64,000 nucleotides of DNA from a virus (Duplodnaviria > Caudoviricetes). Positions 47,193-57,221 of this stretch are shown piece after piece. Positions within the stretch are counted from its first letter, which is position 1, and each line of letters begins with the position of its first letter. The DNA lies in IMG/VR virus record IMGVR_UViG_3300005662_000039, positions 4,188 through 68,187 of that record; one strand, written 5' to 3'. The translations under genes and the position numbers were made by a program. The notes beneath the pieces were generated by a model that ran no database searches, was not told the origin of the DNA, and worked only from the letters and a program-made list of their open reading frames with translations.

Positions 47193-47974
47193 TTGCGATT
47201 CGAAATATAGATTTCTCAAAATCTTCTAAGCAATTGCCCTCAAAGATAACTTTAAAGCCATCTGATTTTGGTTTTGCAAATTTTTCTGCATCTAATTCTC
47301 CAGTATCTATCTGCGTCGTAGACACTGGTTGTCCACTTCATTCTGGAATAAGATTTAGCGATTCTATTTTAAAAAATGTTTATGTAGATTTCTGCGGTTC
47401 AGAATCCATACCATGGGATGAAAATGGTCACGCTACAGCTGTATCTGGAATAATAGCTGGAAAGACTGACAAGTATGCTGGATTGTGTCCAAGCGCATTT
47501 TTGCGTTATGCAAGATGCATAGGGCACGATGGGAAGGCTAGTGTTAAAAAGATAGCAGCAGGCATGCTATGGGGCGCTGCAGCTGGTTCTGACATTATAC
47601 TTGTTGCTGCTGGATCAGAAGATAAGGATAGATATCTTGAAGAGGTTGCTAATAAATGTATTCAAAAAGGATGCATAGTAATAGCAGCTGGAAAAAGCAA
47701 TGATAAAAACGCAAGCAAGCATGTTTTTCCGGGCTCTTTTCCAAAAGTATATTCTGCGTGTTTCGGAAAAGGCAAATATGCCAATCATCGTAGTGACGGA
47801 GGAGTTGACATACAGTTTGACCACAAAGGTTGTTGGACTTTTTCTCCAGATGATAGATACATAAAATTGGGAGGTAGCAGTATAGCTTCGGCAGTACTGA
47901 CTGGCATAATTGCTTCATATATATCATCAGGAAAGAATAGGGATGATATCGTGGAAATAATGAGAAATACATGA
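47189..47974 (+). CDS. subtilisin-like (S8) serine protease
   Basis: Triad motifs ICVVDTG (Asp), DENGHATAVSGII (His), GSSIASA (Ser); AAG oxyanion region. Confidence 0.85.
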   Translation: MIAIRNIDFSKSSKQLPSKITLKPSDFGFANFSASNSPVSICVVDTGCPLHSGIRFSDSILKNVYVDFCGSESIPWDENGHATAVSGIIAGKTDKYAGLCPSAFLRYARCIGHDGKASVKKIAAGMLWGAAAGSDIILVAAGSEDKDRYLEEVANKCIQKGCIVIAAGKSNDKNASKHVFPGSFPKVYSACFGKGKYANHRSDGGVDIQFDHKGCWTFSPDDRYIKLGGSSIASAVLTGIIASYISSGKNRDDIVEIMRNT

Positions 47975-47975
47975 T

Positions 47976-48773
47976 ATGACTTTAAAATTTGAATTTTTTC
48001 AATACGACAGTGACGATTACTATGCTGTTGTATCTCGAGATAATTTTATTTTTTCAAAAACAAGCAGCAGTTTTGTATTGGACAGTTCAATTTCTTTCTC
48101 CGATGCAGCTATAGCTTTATCTGCTGGAAGCATGGGTAGGCTGTATGGATCTGTTCCAACTTCAGCATTGACCAATGGTGTTTATGTTGTAAGGATATAC
48201 AGAGGCAATTACAGTTCTCCTTCAGTGTATGATGAGATAGTGTCAATGGGATCTACTGGATGGTCGTCTGTAACACTTTCGCAGGTGGATCCTTCAAATT
48301 TGGATAGTATATCGCCGATTATCTCGTATGATAGCGTGAATACGAGAAATTATTCAATAAAAATGAGTGGAGCTTTTGTGGCATCTAACGCTGCGGAAAC
48401 TGGTTTGGCAGAAATGTTTGTTTATACGGCAAAAAATAAGTGTAAGGTATCTATTGCAATAAATCCCAGAATAGCTGGTATATCATATACATATATTTCA
48501 ATTAGGACTAATGACGGGAGTAGAACGCTATTACAAGGTGTAAATGTATCAGATAGCGGTGGAAGCATTGATTCGGAGTTTGCTATGAATAGTTCTGCTC
48601 TGCCTTATATACTGAATGGTAATTTTATTTTGGCCTTATCTCAGGGATCTTCTTATCCATCTAGAATAGGTGGAAATCCAGACAATATCATGCTAACAAA
48701 TCTTTCTGCTACCGCTTCACTTTCTACTCAAAGAACGGCACCTTCGGTAGGAGTTTCATTTAGAACATTCTAA
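47976..48773 (+). CDS. putative beta-rich structural protein
   Basis: S/G/T-rich 265 aa within the neck cluster. Confidence 0.55.
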   Translation: MTLKFEFFQYDSDDYYAVVSRDNFIFSKTSSSFVLDSSISFSDAAIALSAGSMGRLYGSVPTSALTNGVYVVRIYRGNYSSPSVYDEIVSMGSTGWSSVTLSQVDPSNLDSISPIISYDSVNTRNYSIKMSGAFVASNAAETGLAEMFVYTAKNKCKVSIAINPRIAGISYTYISIRTNDGSRTLLQGVNVSDSGGSIDSEFAMNSSALPYILNGNFILALSQGSSYPSRIGGNPDNIMLTNLSATASLSTQRTAPSVGVSFRTF

Positions 48774-48782
48774 TATATAACA

Positions 48783-49790
48783 ATGACTTGGATATCTTCA
48801 GTAGCAGATAAAGTAGGAAATTTTTCTCAGGGAACTACTAATAGTATTTTTCTGAAGGTAACTGATATTGATGGATTTTCACGATCCGCCGAATCAGTTG
48901 CGATAACAATAACTCATGCAGACTCATCAGAAGTTGTCGTGGATTCAGTTGCTGCAACAACAGTATCTGATGGTTATTATTTCTATGAATGGTCAGTAGA
49001 TGCTGAGGCTGAGGTTGGTCTTTATAATATAGTATGGTCTTACACGTACGACGACACGGAATACTCTGTGCAACAATCTGCCGTAGTATCGGAGATGCCC
49101 GACAAATCTAGTATTTATTATGGAGTAATTGCCGATTTACGAACTGCCCTTGAATTTCATATTCGACCAGTAATGAACATTCCCGTATATTTTGAGCAGG
49201 CTAGGCCGAGTAGGGATAGACAAAATTTCAAGTTTTCATTTCCAAGATGGAATCAAGGTGCTGGCGTAAAAATATACTTAAATAAGGAAATAGTGCAAGC
49301 CGGAGTTGGGGTAGATTATTTTCTTGGTCGCGTCACATTCGCCGAGCCTCTTACAGAATATGATAATGTATATGCAGACTACAACTTTAGATGGTTCGAT
49401 GATAGGCAAATTGTAAGATTTCTCAATAATGGATTAGCTAGATACAATTATTATCCTCCATATAGCAGCTATACATTGCAGACTATGCCACACAGGGCTG
49501 TTATACCTACTCTTTATGGAGCTGCAGTTGATGCGCTTAGGGAAATAATGCTCAGTCTTTCTTTACAAGAGCCAAGTCTTGTTTTTGGTGGACCAGAAAA
49601 GGCACAGAATCTTCACGGTCAAATAGATACATTAAAGAAAAACTTCGAGGAAGATCTCAATAAAATGTACGAACAGAAAAAGTTTGGTCCATATGTTGGA
49701 TTGACTAGAATGGTTGTTGTTCCAGAGTATACTCTTCCTGGTGGAAGAAGTAGATGGTTCAGATATATGTTTACTGGAAGCAATACATAA
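48783..49790 (+). CDS. neck / head-tail connector protein with N-terminal Ig-like domain
   Basis: GYYFYEW...GLYNIVWSY Ig-like part; VDYFLGRVTF...VYADYNFRWFDD.QI..FL...L..YN.YPP pattern. Confidence 0.6.
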   Translation: MTWISSVADKVGNFSQGTTNSIFLKVTDIDGFSRSAESVAITITHADSSEVVVDSVAATTVSDGYYFYEWSVDAEAEVGLYNIVWSYTYDDTEYSVQQSAVVSEMPDKSSIYYGVIADLRTALEFHIRPVMNIPVYFEQARPSRDRQNFKFSFPRWNQGAGVKIYLNKEIVQAGVGVDYFLGRVTFAEPLTEYDNVYADYNFRWFDDRQIVRFLNNGLARYNYYPPYSSYTLQTMPHRAVIPTLYGAAVDALREIMLSLSLQEPSLVFGGPEKAQNLHGQIDTLKKNFEEDLNKMYEQKKFGPYVGLTRMVVVPEYTLPGGRSRWFRYMFTGSNT

Positions 49791-50081
49791 ATGATAGAAA
49801 CTAAAGACATTAATAAAATAAGAAATGCAATACAGGATAGAGATGCTACTATATATGTTCTTGCTACAGAAGAACTTAAAAAACTTATATTGAATGGTGG
49901 CGATCCAGTCATATCGTCTCTACCTAAGGAGGCATCACTTATGCTGCTGGAGGGTCAGGGAATGGCAGTTGATAGTAGCATGGTCATGAATTGGCTCAAC
50001 GGAAATATAGATATAAAAAATAAGCGTATTTTAGACTTGTGCGATATAAAAGTGTATGTAAACACCATTAACATAAGGTAG
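49791..50081 (+). CDS. hypothetical protein
   Basis: 96-aa ORF abutting the previous stop. Confidence 0.6.
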   Translation: MIETKDINKIRNAIQDRDATIYVLATEELKKLILNGGDPVISSLPKEASLMLLEGQGMAVDSSMVMNWLNGNIDIKNKRILDLCDIKVYVNTINIR

Positions 50082-50087
50082 GTAAAT

Positions 50088-50489
50088 TTGTTTTCAGACT
50101 ATGGGGAATTCCTTCGTCTGACCAGGCCTCTTCCGCTTGATTATAAGGAGAAGATAATTGATGCATTATCTTCAGAGGAAAAACGCAGTCTGCGTAAGGA
50201 TTTTATAGTTGGTGGTTGGGACAACGTAGTTTATCGAAATGAGATAGATAGTAGCAGCGAGAGAATAAAAAAAGTTTTCAACAAAGATCCTCTGCGAGTA
50301 CGGGCCTTGGTTTTGAAGGGGAATATGATAAAAGTGCCATATGCGTTTTGGCATACTTTTGTAGAAGATATCAAGCATATACCTAAAAAATATCTCACTC
50401 CATTTGTGGGCGGAATAGAAGTTCAAGAGGATCCTGATGATCCTGAGTATGTTGTTTTAAAAAGAAAGGGAAACTATGAGCAAGAGTAG
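50088..50489 (+). CDS. hypothetical protein
   Basis: 133 aa, TTG start with AAGG upstream. Confidence 0.65.
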   Translation: MFSDYGEFLRLTRPLPLDYKEKIIDALSSEEKRSLRKDFIVGGWDNVVYRNEIDSSSERIKKVFNKDPLRVRALVLKGNMIKVPYAFWHTFVEDIKHIPKKYLTPFVGGIEVQEDPDDPEYVVLKRKGNYEQE

Positions 50490-51207
50490 AAGCAAAGGAC
50501 AGAAGCAAATATCCAAGGAGATATCTCAAGGCGAATATGTTCATAGTGCATTTAAGCCTAGAGACGAATGGCAAAAAAAGGCCGTAGAGACTATCATAAG
50601 CAATCCTGTAAGTTTTCTTTATGGAGTCGCAGGTACGGGTAAGACAACAGTTGCTTTTGGATGTGCAGTTCGTCTATTGATGGCTGGTGAGATTGACAAA
50701 ATAGTCATAACACGTCCTTATGTAACTGCTGGAGAAAAATTAGGCTATCTTCCAGGCACACTAGAGGAAAAGTTCGATCCGTTTGTTACTCCTGTAAGGA
50801 TGATAGCAGATAAGCTTTTGGGCAAAGCCACAGCAGGAAGATACTTTGCTTCTGAAAAGATCATGATATTGCCGTTGGCATACATGAGAGGCTTAACATT
50901 TGAAAGATCTGTTGTAATAGTAGACGAAGCCCAGAATAGCACACCAGAACAGATGCACTTGGTTCTAACAAGGCTTGGGCATGACTCGAGAATTATTATA
51001 GCTGGAGATGAGTTTCAACTAGATCTAGACAAGGGAAAAAGTGGCCTGTCGGATGCTATTAAGCGATTGAATGGAATAGATGGAATAGGATTTTTTGAGT
51101 TTCCTCCAGAGAGTTGCCAGAGGCACCATTTGGTTTCTAAGATTGACACGAAATATAAGCAAGACTTGGAGGGTGAGTCAAAAGGAATATCTAGCAAGAA
51201 AAAGTAG
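50476..51207 (+). CDS. phoH: PhoH-family ATPase
   Basis: GVAGTGKT; RPYV.AGEKLGYLPG.LEEK; YMRGLTF; DEAQN; TRLG; GD..Q.DL; RH.LV. Confidence 0.92.
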   Translation: MSKSRSKGQKQISKEISQGEYVHSAFKPRDEWQKKAVETIISNPVSFLYGVAGTGKTTVAFGCAVRLLMAGEIDKIVITRPYVTAGEKLGYLPGTLEEKFDPFVTPVRMIADKLLGKATAGRYFASEKIMILPLAYMRGLTFERSVVIVDEAQNSTPEQMHLVLTRLGHDSRIIIAGDEFQLDLDKGKSGLSDAIKRLNGIDGIGFFEFPPESCQRHHLVSKIDTKYKQDLEGESKGISSKKK

Positions 51208-51215
51208 TTAAAAGC

Positions 51216-53585
51216 ATGGAAAATAAATTCAATTTATCAAAATATATAAAATATGCACAAACTGCCAGTGATGGTCCTGTGCATGGAAATATAAAACAGA
51301 TCAAGACTAATGATGCTAGACCTTCTGGTTCTGGTCCTGTTGATGCCGCCCCCTCTAATTCTTCGCTAGATATTAGAGAAGCTGTTTCTAAAGCTAAAAC
51401 TATATATACGGAATATGGGAATGACAAAAAAACTGCTGATATGACTGTAGAAAACGAGATTAGATCAAAGTTATCTCAAGAAGACAAGAAAAAGTTTGAC
51501 GACGAGATGGTTTTTTTCTTTTCCAGCAAATATTTGAATAATCTTTATCAGGAATCGCAAGATGCAAATCATTCTGAAAGATTAAAGAAACTCATTGAAA
51601 TATACAATGAAGAAGGCATAGATTCTGCAGAGTATTGGGTTGAAGAGGAAATTAGGAATAGCGAGCCAGGATCGTATGGTGCCGCAAAGAACATGCTTGA
51701 TGCCATGAAGGGTGATAGGTTTGACATAGGTGATGTGTCTGCTTCATCTACCAATACAATTGATGAAAGCATAAATAAGATTAACAAAGCTGCTGCCGAT
51801 GCATTGGTTAGAATAATAAACAATGGCATGATCACAGATTTGATGGAATCGTGTGGTAATTATGTTAAAATGCTAAGAACACCTACTGGTAAAAATAGAT
51901 TCAAGAATGCAATGGAGTCATTTGCTGCCAGAAAGATACCTTTATTTAATAGGCAGGACTTGTTCGGGGTAGCCAAAGATAGGGCTACCACATTTATGTC
52001 GCTTTTTATATCTCAGCATTCAGAATCTGTAAGAACATCAAATGACAGAATAATTAAGGGATCGCTTCATGATTTTGTCAATAGACATTACACATTAAAT
52101 CCAAACGCACGTCCGCTTGGTGATTCATACGTTGGGCATGGTGGTGGCGATACTCCTGCGGAAGCATCACGTAGATACTTTGATGAAATAGATGGGGGTC
52201 TTCACGCTCATAGATTATCAGATGGAAAATATGCTTTCGAGCACATGGCAGATGAATTTGCAAATGCTCTTTCTCAAGATCCTCCCGAGCAGAGGTCTTT
52301 ATGTTTGGTTTTTCTAAAAATAAGCATGCTCGCAGAATCGCAGGGATCAGCTGGTGGTAGGCAGATGAGCCAAATGGGAGACGAGGATTCTGACGCAATG
52401 GATGTTTCTGGAAAGGGATATTCCTCAGCAGATGTTGGATCTTCAACTATACCGAGCACAACACTATCAGATCCTGGGCAGCCTGCAGAGATACTGAATG
52501 CCGTAAGGGAAAAATCCGATCAACTTAAAAATATTATGTCTAAAATTGCACAAGAGGCAATGGTGGAACTGGGCGGAAATAACTTAGTTTCCAGTTATTT
52601 TACGGGAGCCATTTCCAGGATTGCAGCATCTTCTGCCAGCTTGGAAAATTGGCTAGCAGGTAATATGCATATTGAGCAGTTAAATAATGGAGCATCTCCA
52701 TCTTGGATCCGATTTATAGATTCTCCAAGATCTACTCAATTAAATAAAAATAAAGCACAAATATTGGAAACACAAGATTTCAGTTCTTTAGGTCCAGCGA
52801 AAAGAATTAGGAATATAGATGGTATAGAAACCACTTTTATATTTGATTACGAAAAACCTTCTTCTTTTAACATGTACTCTAGCAAGCAATTTGAATATAC
52901 TGATTCTTCAGGCAGGAAGATGCAAGTTCCAATTCCAGTTTTCAAAACAAGATTTGTAGATATTATTTTTAAAGATAAATTAGTATCTCCAGCAGATTTC
53001 ACTGTCAGTGCGGAGGATAAAGATGCTCTAACTGCAATTGCTGCGGCCATGAAGTCATCGTCTCTTCTTGGAGGTGTTGAAAAAACTAGTGAACAAAAAA
53101 TAGAAGACATCTTAAATGTTTTTAAAAATTATCCAGAAAGCTTTATAAAAGGTGCGGCAACCTTAAAATCCAATATCAGTGGAAGCACAGCTAGACTTGC
53201 TGGCGTCATCGGAGTTGGTGATCCTGAAGTTATAGAACAATTCAGAAAAGAAAATGGTTTTCTTACAAATAAGAATACGGCTCCAAATATTGAACAAATA
53301 TTGGAGTTACGTAATTTAGTTAGCACTGATGTTTATCTTAAATTGTTGGCGGCTATTGCGTCCAGAATAGGTCAAAGACCAAAAACAGAAAGGAATTTTT
53401 CAAATTCCGACGAAAGAGCTGTCACTACATTTGTAAATAGAATGCTTGCTCAAGGCAAGATTAGTCAAGCTGAATATGATGCTGTAATTAAATTCAAAGC
53501 TGTTCCACAACAGTCTACTGCATCAAAAAGGGCTGAAGAAATTGATGCATGGATAAAAATAATGACACCAATGATATTCCAATAA
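51216..53585 (+). CDS. large unknown protein with FNLSKYIKYAQ leader; putative internal head protein
   Basis: MENKFNLSKYIKYAQ|TASDG; 789 aa, helical. Confidence 0.7.
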   Translation: MENKFNLSKYIKYAQTASDGPVHGNIKQIKTNDARPSGSGPVDAAPSNSSLDIREAVSKAKTIYTEYGNDKKTADMTVENEIRSKLSQEDKKKFDDEMVFFFSSKYLNNLYQESQDANHSERLKKLIEIYNEEGIDSAEYWVEEEIRNSEPGSYGAAKNMLDAMKGDRFDIGDVSASSTNTIDESINKINKAAADALVRIINNGMITDLMESCGNYVKMLRTPTGKNRFKNAMESFAARKIPLFNRQDLFGVAKDRATTFMSLFISQHSESVRTSNDRIIKGSLHDFVNRHYTLNPNARPLGDSYVGHGGGDTPAEASRRYFDEIDGGLHAHRLSDGKYAFEHMADEFANALSQDPPEQRSLCLVFLKISMLAESQGSAGGRQMSQMGDEDSDAMDVSGKGYSSADVGSSTIPSTTLSDPGQPAEILNAVREKSDQLKNIMSKIAQEAMVELGGNNLVSSYFTGAISRIAASSASLENWLAGNMHIEQLNNGASPSWIRFIDSPRSTQLNKNKAQILETQDFSSLGPAKRIRNIDGIETTFIFDYEKPSSFNMYSSKQFEYTDSSGRKMQVPIPVFKTRFVDIIFKDKLVSPADFTVSAEDKDALTAIAAAMKSSSLLGGVEKTSEQKIEDILNVFKNYPESFIKGAATLKSNISGSTARLAGVIGVGDPEVIEQFRKENGFLTNKNTAPNIEQILELRNLVSTDVYLKLLAAIASRIGQRPKTERNFSNSDERAVTTFVNRMLAQGKISQAEYDAVIKFKAVPQQSTASKRAEEIDAWIKIMTPMIFQ

Positions 53586-53773
53586 AATATGCAAAATCTA
53601 TGTGCATCTGCAAGCATTGCAAATGCGAGACCATAGATAATAATGTTATTATTTTTGATTTTTTGCAACAAGAGATAAAATGGTCATGCGAAAAATGTAA
53701 AGAGCAGAATATCTTTATGGGTTGGAGCGAATTCAGGTCAAAACCATTTCCAAAAATAAGGACCCAAAGGTAA
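53549..53773 (+). CDS. small zinc-ribbon protein
   Basis: CKHC...CEKC. Confidence 0.6.
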   Translation: MDKNNDTNDIPIKYAKSMCICKHCKCETIDNNVIIFDFLQQEIKWSCEKCKEQNIFMGWSEFRSKPFPKIRTQR

Positions 53774-54300
53774 TGTTTTATATAGTCAACTGCTCTGGAA
53801 GACATGTATCTCTTTCTTCCTTGGGAATAATGCTCGCGCCTAAGCAGGGTATAGATTTGGATCAGAAATTTTCTAGGATGCAGACTGAAAAATCTTCAGA
53901 CTTAAAAAACGCCATAAGCAAAGGTGTTATAAAGTTGGTTAGGAAGGATGGCGGAATAAAGACTAATCCAGAGGTAAAGAAAGACTCTATGGATATGGCT
54001 GTTCTTCTCCAAATTAAAAAAATGCTTGAGGACAGTAAGAGTAAGGATATTGATGCGTTAGCTGATGCCGTGGCATCTCGCATAGGCACATCTAAGATAT
54101 CTGCTGATATAGTAAATGCCAAGGATTCATATTCTTCGGCGTTAGAAGAAAATATAGATCCAGCGATGTTGGATATCATTCATCAAAAAGCAGTTGACAG
54201 AATGACAAAAAATGTAGAAGGTCAGACTCCTTCGGAGCAAACTTCGAAGATTGATGTAGACATAAATAATAGACTTGACGAACTAGAAGGACTACTGTGA
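53773..54300 (+). CDS. protein with N-terminal ~50-aa module and charged C-terminus
   Basis: TAATG-coupled start; MFYIVNCSGRHVSLSSLGIMLAPKQGIDL...SSDLKNAISKGVIKLV. Confidence 0.75.
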   Translation: MFYIVNCSGRHVSLSSLGIMLAPKQGIDLDQKFSRMQTEKSSDLKNAISKGVIKLVRKDGGIKTNPEVKKDSMDMAVLLQIKKMLEDSKSKDIDALADAVASRIGTSKISADIVNAKDSYSSALEENIDPAMLDIIHQKAVDRMTKNVEGQTPSEQTSKIDVDINNRLDELEGLL

Positions 54301-54307
54301 GGTATAT

Positions 54308-55366
54308 ATGCCAGAATCAATAGGATATGACGTTGGTACGATGTTTTGTCAATGCGCGAAGTCTAGCACTGACGGTAAAATATCTATAACAAATGTTCGT
54401 AATGCATTTGTTGAAGTTCCAGGCGGGCAAGATGTTGAAGAAATACTTGCTAGAAATGGTTGGCAATGGGTTAAGGATGGAAAATCATATTATGTAGTTG
54501 GAGAGGATTCTCTTCAAGTAGCCAAGCTTTTTCCAGGTAAGGTTGAATTGCGCAGGCCTCTTCAGGACGGAGTTTTAAATAGAAACGAAGAAAAGAAAAA
54601 CATCATACTTGCAAAAATAATAGAGGATCAGTGCGGCAAGGCTCCAGATGAGAAAAGTATTGTTTGCACATGTATAAGTTCTCCATGCATAGATATAGAG
54701 TATGCAGATAATACATTCCATGCTGCTAGATTAAAAGGTATGTTCGCTAGACTTGGATGGAATGTTAAAATCATAGAGGAAGGATTGGCTGTCATACTTT
54801 CTGAGCGCCCAACAACTAAGGATGCGGATGGTAAGGAGATTCCATATTCAGGAATGGGAGTTAGTTTCGGTGCTGGAAGAGCAAATTGTGTTTTAGCATA
54901 TAAGGGCATGCAAATACTTGGCATGTCTGTGCAGCGTAGCGGCGACTGGATAGATAAGCAGGTTTCCCAGCAGACAGGCGTACCTATTTCTCAAGTAATG
55001 ACTAAGAAAGAAACAGTTCTTGATCTTACTAAGGACGAATACGATGATGATGTTCTTTTTGCGCTTTCGGCATACTATGATGCAATGCTAAAATATGTAT
55101 TTAGTAACTTTACAAGTAAGTTAAAGGATGTCAAAACTGAATTTTCCTATCCAATTGACATAGTGGTAGCCGGAGGTACAAGTATGCCAAAGGGATTTGA
55201 GCAGAGAGTCGAGAAGATCGTTCGCTCTCTTCAGATACCATTCTCGATAAACAAAGTCATGAAATCGGCTTCTCCAAGAAATTCGGTCGTCAGTGGATTG
55301 TTGACTCAGGCTGAGATCGTTAAGAGAAAGCTGGAAAAAGGCTTAATACAGGCTGAGGAAATATAA
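54308..55366 (+). CDS. actin-like ATPase (MreB/MamK/ParM superfamily)
   Basis: Phosphate-1 GYDVGT; RRPLQDG; connect-1 IEEGLAV; phosphate-2 SFGAGRAN; SGDWID; adenosine VVAGGTSMPKGF; connect-2 NSVVSG. Confidence 0.88.
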   Translation: MPESIGYDVGTMFCQCAKSSTDGKISITNVRNAFVEVPGGQDVEEILARNGWQWVKDGKSYYVVGEDSLQVAKLFPGKVELRRPLQDGVLNRNEEKKNIILAKIIEDQCGKAPDEKSIVCTCISSPCIDIEYADNTFHAARLKGMFARLGWNVKIIEEGLAVILSERPTTKDADGKEIPYSGMGVSFGAGRANCVLAYKGMQILGMSVQRSGDWIDKQVSQQTGVPISQVMTKKETVLDLTKDEYDDDVLFALSAYYDAMLKYVFSNFTSKLKDVKTEFSYPIDIVVAGGTSMPKGFEQRVEKIVRSLQIPFSINKVMKSASPRNSVVSGLLTQAEIVKRKLEKGLIQAEEI

Positions 55367-56094
55367 TGGGCTACGCGACCAGACAACTTGTTCAAAATGT
55401 ATTGGCACAAACATTGACATCGGCTACCACTCCCACACTAGAGGGTCGTGGTAAGCTTATAAACTTTGGCAATCAAGTTGACAAGAATCTCATAACAAAC
55501 GATATAATGGATAATTTTATATCGATGGCAGATTCATTTATAAATTCTACATTGTCTGTAATATATAAAACGCCTCTCACGGAGGCTGCTGATGCTGAAT
55601 TTATACTTGCTTTTTCTACCGACCCATATTCAGTAGAAATAATACTAGAAGACAATAAGGCTGGCTCTCTAGTTCCTGGAGATAATATAATATTTGTACA
55701 AGACGGCATCGAAGAGCGTGGCGTAGTTGCTAGTGTTGATAATGCATCTACATTTACATTGGAATCTTCATTGGGCTTGGTCTATGAGCCATCTTATACC
55801 AGAGTTATTAGAGTCAGATACCCAGATCCAATTCCGAACATATCTGCAAGAATAGCTGCTGCATCTATATATGACAGATATTTTTCATCACAGTCTTCAA
55901 GCGAAAAATCAGATTACGGCAAGACTCAAAGATCTATGGCTAGGATTGATATAAATAACATACTTAATGGCAGGGTTGTGCTTCACGGTCAGCACAGGAT
56001 TGGAAGAAGATTTGCCAGTGGAAATCTAATCGATAGATACGGACTTCCTGCGGGAGAATCAGATGCAAGTAGGGACATCGGTGATATGCCGTGA
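55366..56094 (+). CDS. head-tail adaptor (gp6/Mu gp36-like) with inserted beta domain
   Basis: MGYAT...I..AD..INS.L...Y..PL...YPDPI..ISARIAAASIYDRYF. Confidence 0.65.
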   Translation: MGYATRQLVQNVLAQTLTSATTPTLEGRGKLINFGNQVDKNLITNDIMDNFISMADSFINSTLSVIYKTPLTEAADAEFILAFSTDPYSVEIILEDNKAGSLVPGDNIIFVQDGIEERGVVASVDNASTFTLESSLGLVYEPSYTRVIRVRYPDPIPNISARIAAASIYDRYFSSQSSSEKSDYGKTQRSMARIDINNILNGRVVLHGQHRIGRRFASGNLIDRYGLPAGESDASRDIGDMP

Positions 56095-56312
56095 ATATAG
56101 AAAAATTAGTTTTGAATTCCTCGAAAATTTCTCGTGGATCTGTGCTTGTGCCAGATCCACTGCTTTTTGAAAAAAGAGATGATGCTATTTTTTTTGGAGA
56201 CTCCAAATCCATATCTAAAAAAATATCAGATGGAAATATGCCAGAGGAAAAAGCAAATTTTATATATCCTAAGTTAGATCAGAATAAGAATAAAAAATAT
56301 AATGGACGATAA
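56091..56312 (+). CDS. hypothetical protein
   Basis: 73 aa, GTGA-coupled. Confidence 0.55.
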   Translation: MNIEKLVLNSSKISRGSVLVPDPLLFEKRDDAIFFGDSKSISKKISDGNMPEEKANFIYPKLDQNKNKKYNGR

Positions 56313-56318
56313 AAAAAT

Positions 56319-57221
56319 ATGGAAGAAGTCATAGATAGCATTCGCAAGATAATACAAAGATGGGTTACAACGGAAGCAATATTAACTTCTGATGCAGATA
56401 ATGGTGACTCAGTTGTAAACGTGCACAGCTCAACGAGGTTTTCAATTGGCGATGAGGTCATGCTGACTGACGGCTCTGAATATGAATATCCGTTAATAAT
56501 AGTATCCAAGCCAGACAGCGAGTCCATAGAATTTGATAGACCTGTAGTCCATGGCCCATGGAGGGTTTCCAAGAACTGTAAAGTGGCAAAGTCAATGAAG
56601 GGGAGACTTGTTCAGGGTATATACATAGGAGATCCTCCTGTTATTCCAAGATATCCTGCTGTAGTAGTAAATGGTAGATCTAAGTCATCGGAATGGGCAA
56701 CTCTTGAAACAACAATAGAAACATACGACATAGACATCAGTTGTTATATCCAGGACGATACTCAGGAAGATGGATATAGATCACTTCTTTACTTGACAAA
56801 GACGATAGAAACAGGATTGAAGCGCAATCTATTCCCTCTTGTTGGGGAAAGATCTCATACTGATGTTTCTGTTGGCATAGAGCGCAATGACACCATAATT
56901 CGCGTGGACTCTACTGACGGAATGGCTAGGCATCAGTTCGTACTTGTCGAAGATAGATTTAAAGCTGAAGATGTTCGTATTGACGAAGTCATAGATGACA
57001 CTCATATTCGTCTCAAGACGGGAATAGTTAATCCATATCCGCTGGAGTACGATCCAAGAGTAATCATAGTTGACCGATTCTTGCATAATACTTGGCCAAA
57101 AAACATCGAGTTTGGTTTTGTATCAAAAGATACATTATTAAAAGCTTCAAAAATTAGTTGGAAGGGTGAAGAGCTAGAAATACAAGGACCTATTGGATGG
57201 AAGGATACACCAAGGACATGA
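56319..57221 (+). CDS. tail completion/terminator-like protein with inserted beta domains
   Basis: PRYPAVVV...YDIDISCYI...GYRSLLYLTKTIE.GL; two DA/GD.V.V.ST..F..G..V repeats. Confidence 0.6.
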   Translation: MEEVIDSIRKIIQRWVTTEAILTSDADNGDSVVNVHSSTRFSIGDEVMLTDGSEYEYPLIIVSKPDSESIEFDRPVVHGPWRVSKNCKVAKSMKGRLVQGIYIGDPPVIPRYPAVVVNGRSKSSEWATLETTIETYDIDISCYIQDDTQEDGYRSLLYLTKTIETGLKRNLFPLVGERSHTDVSVGIERNDTIIRVDSTDGMARHQFVLVEDRFKAEDVRIDEVIDDTHIRLKTGIVNPYPLEYDPRVIIVDRFLHNTWPKNIEFGFVSKDTLLKASKISWKGEELEIQGPIGWKDTPRT

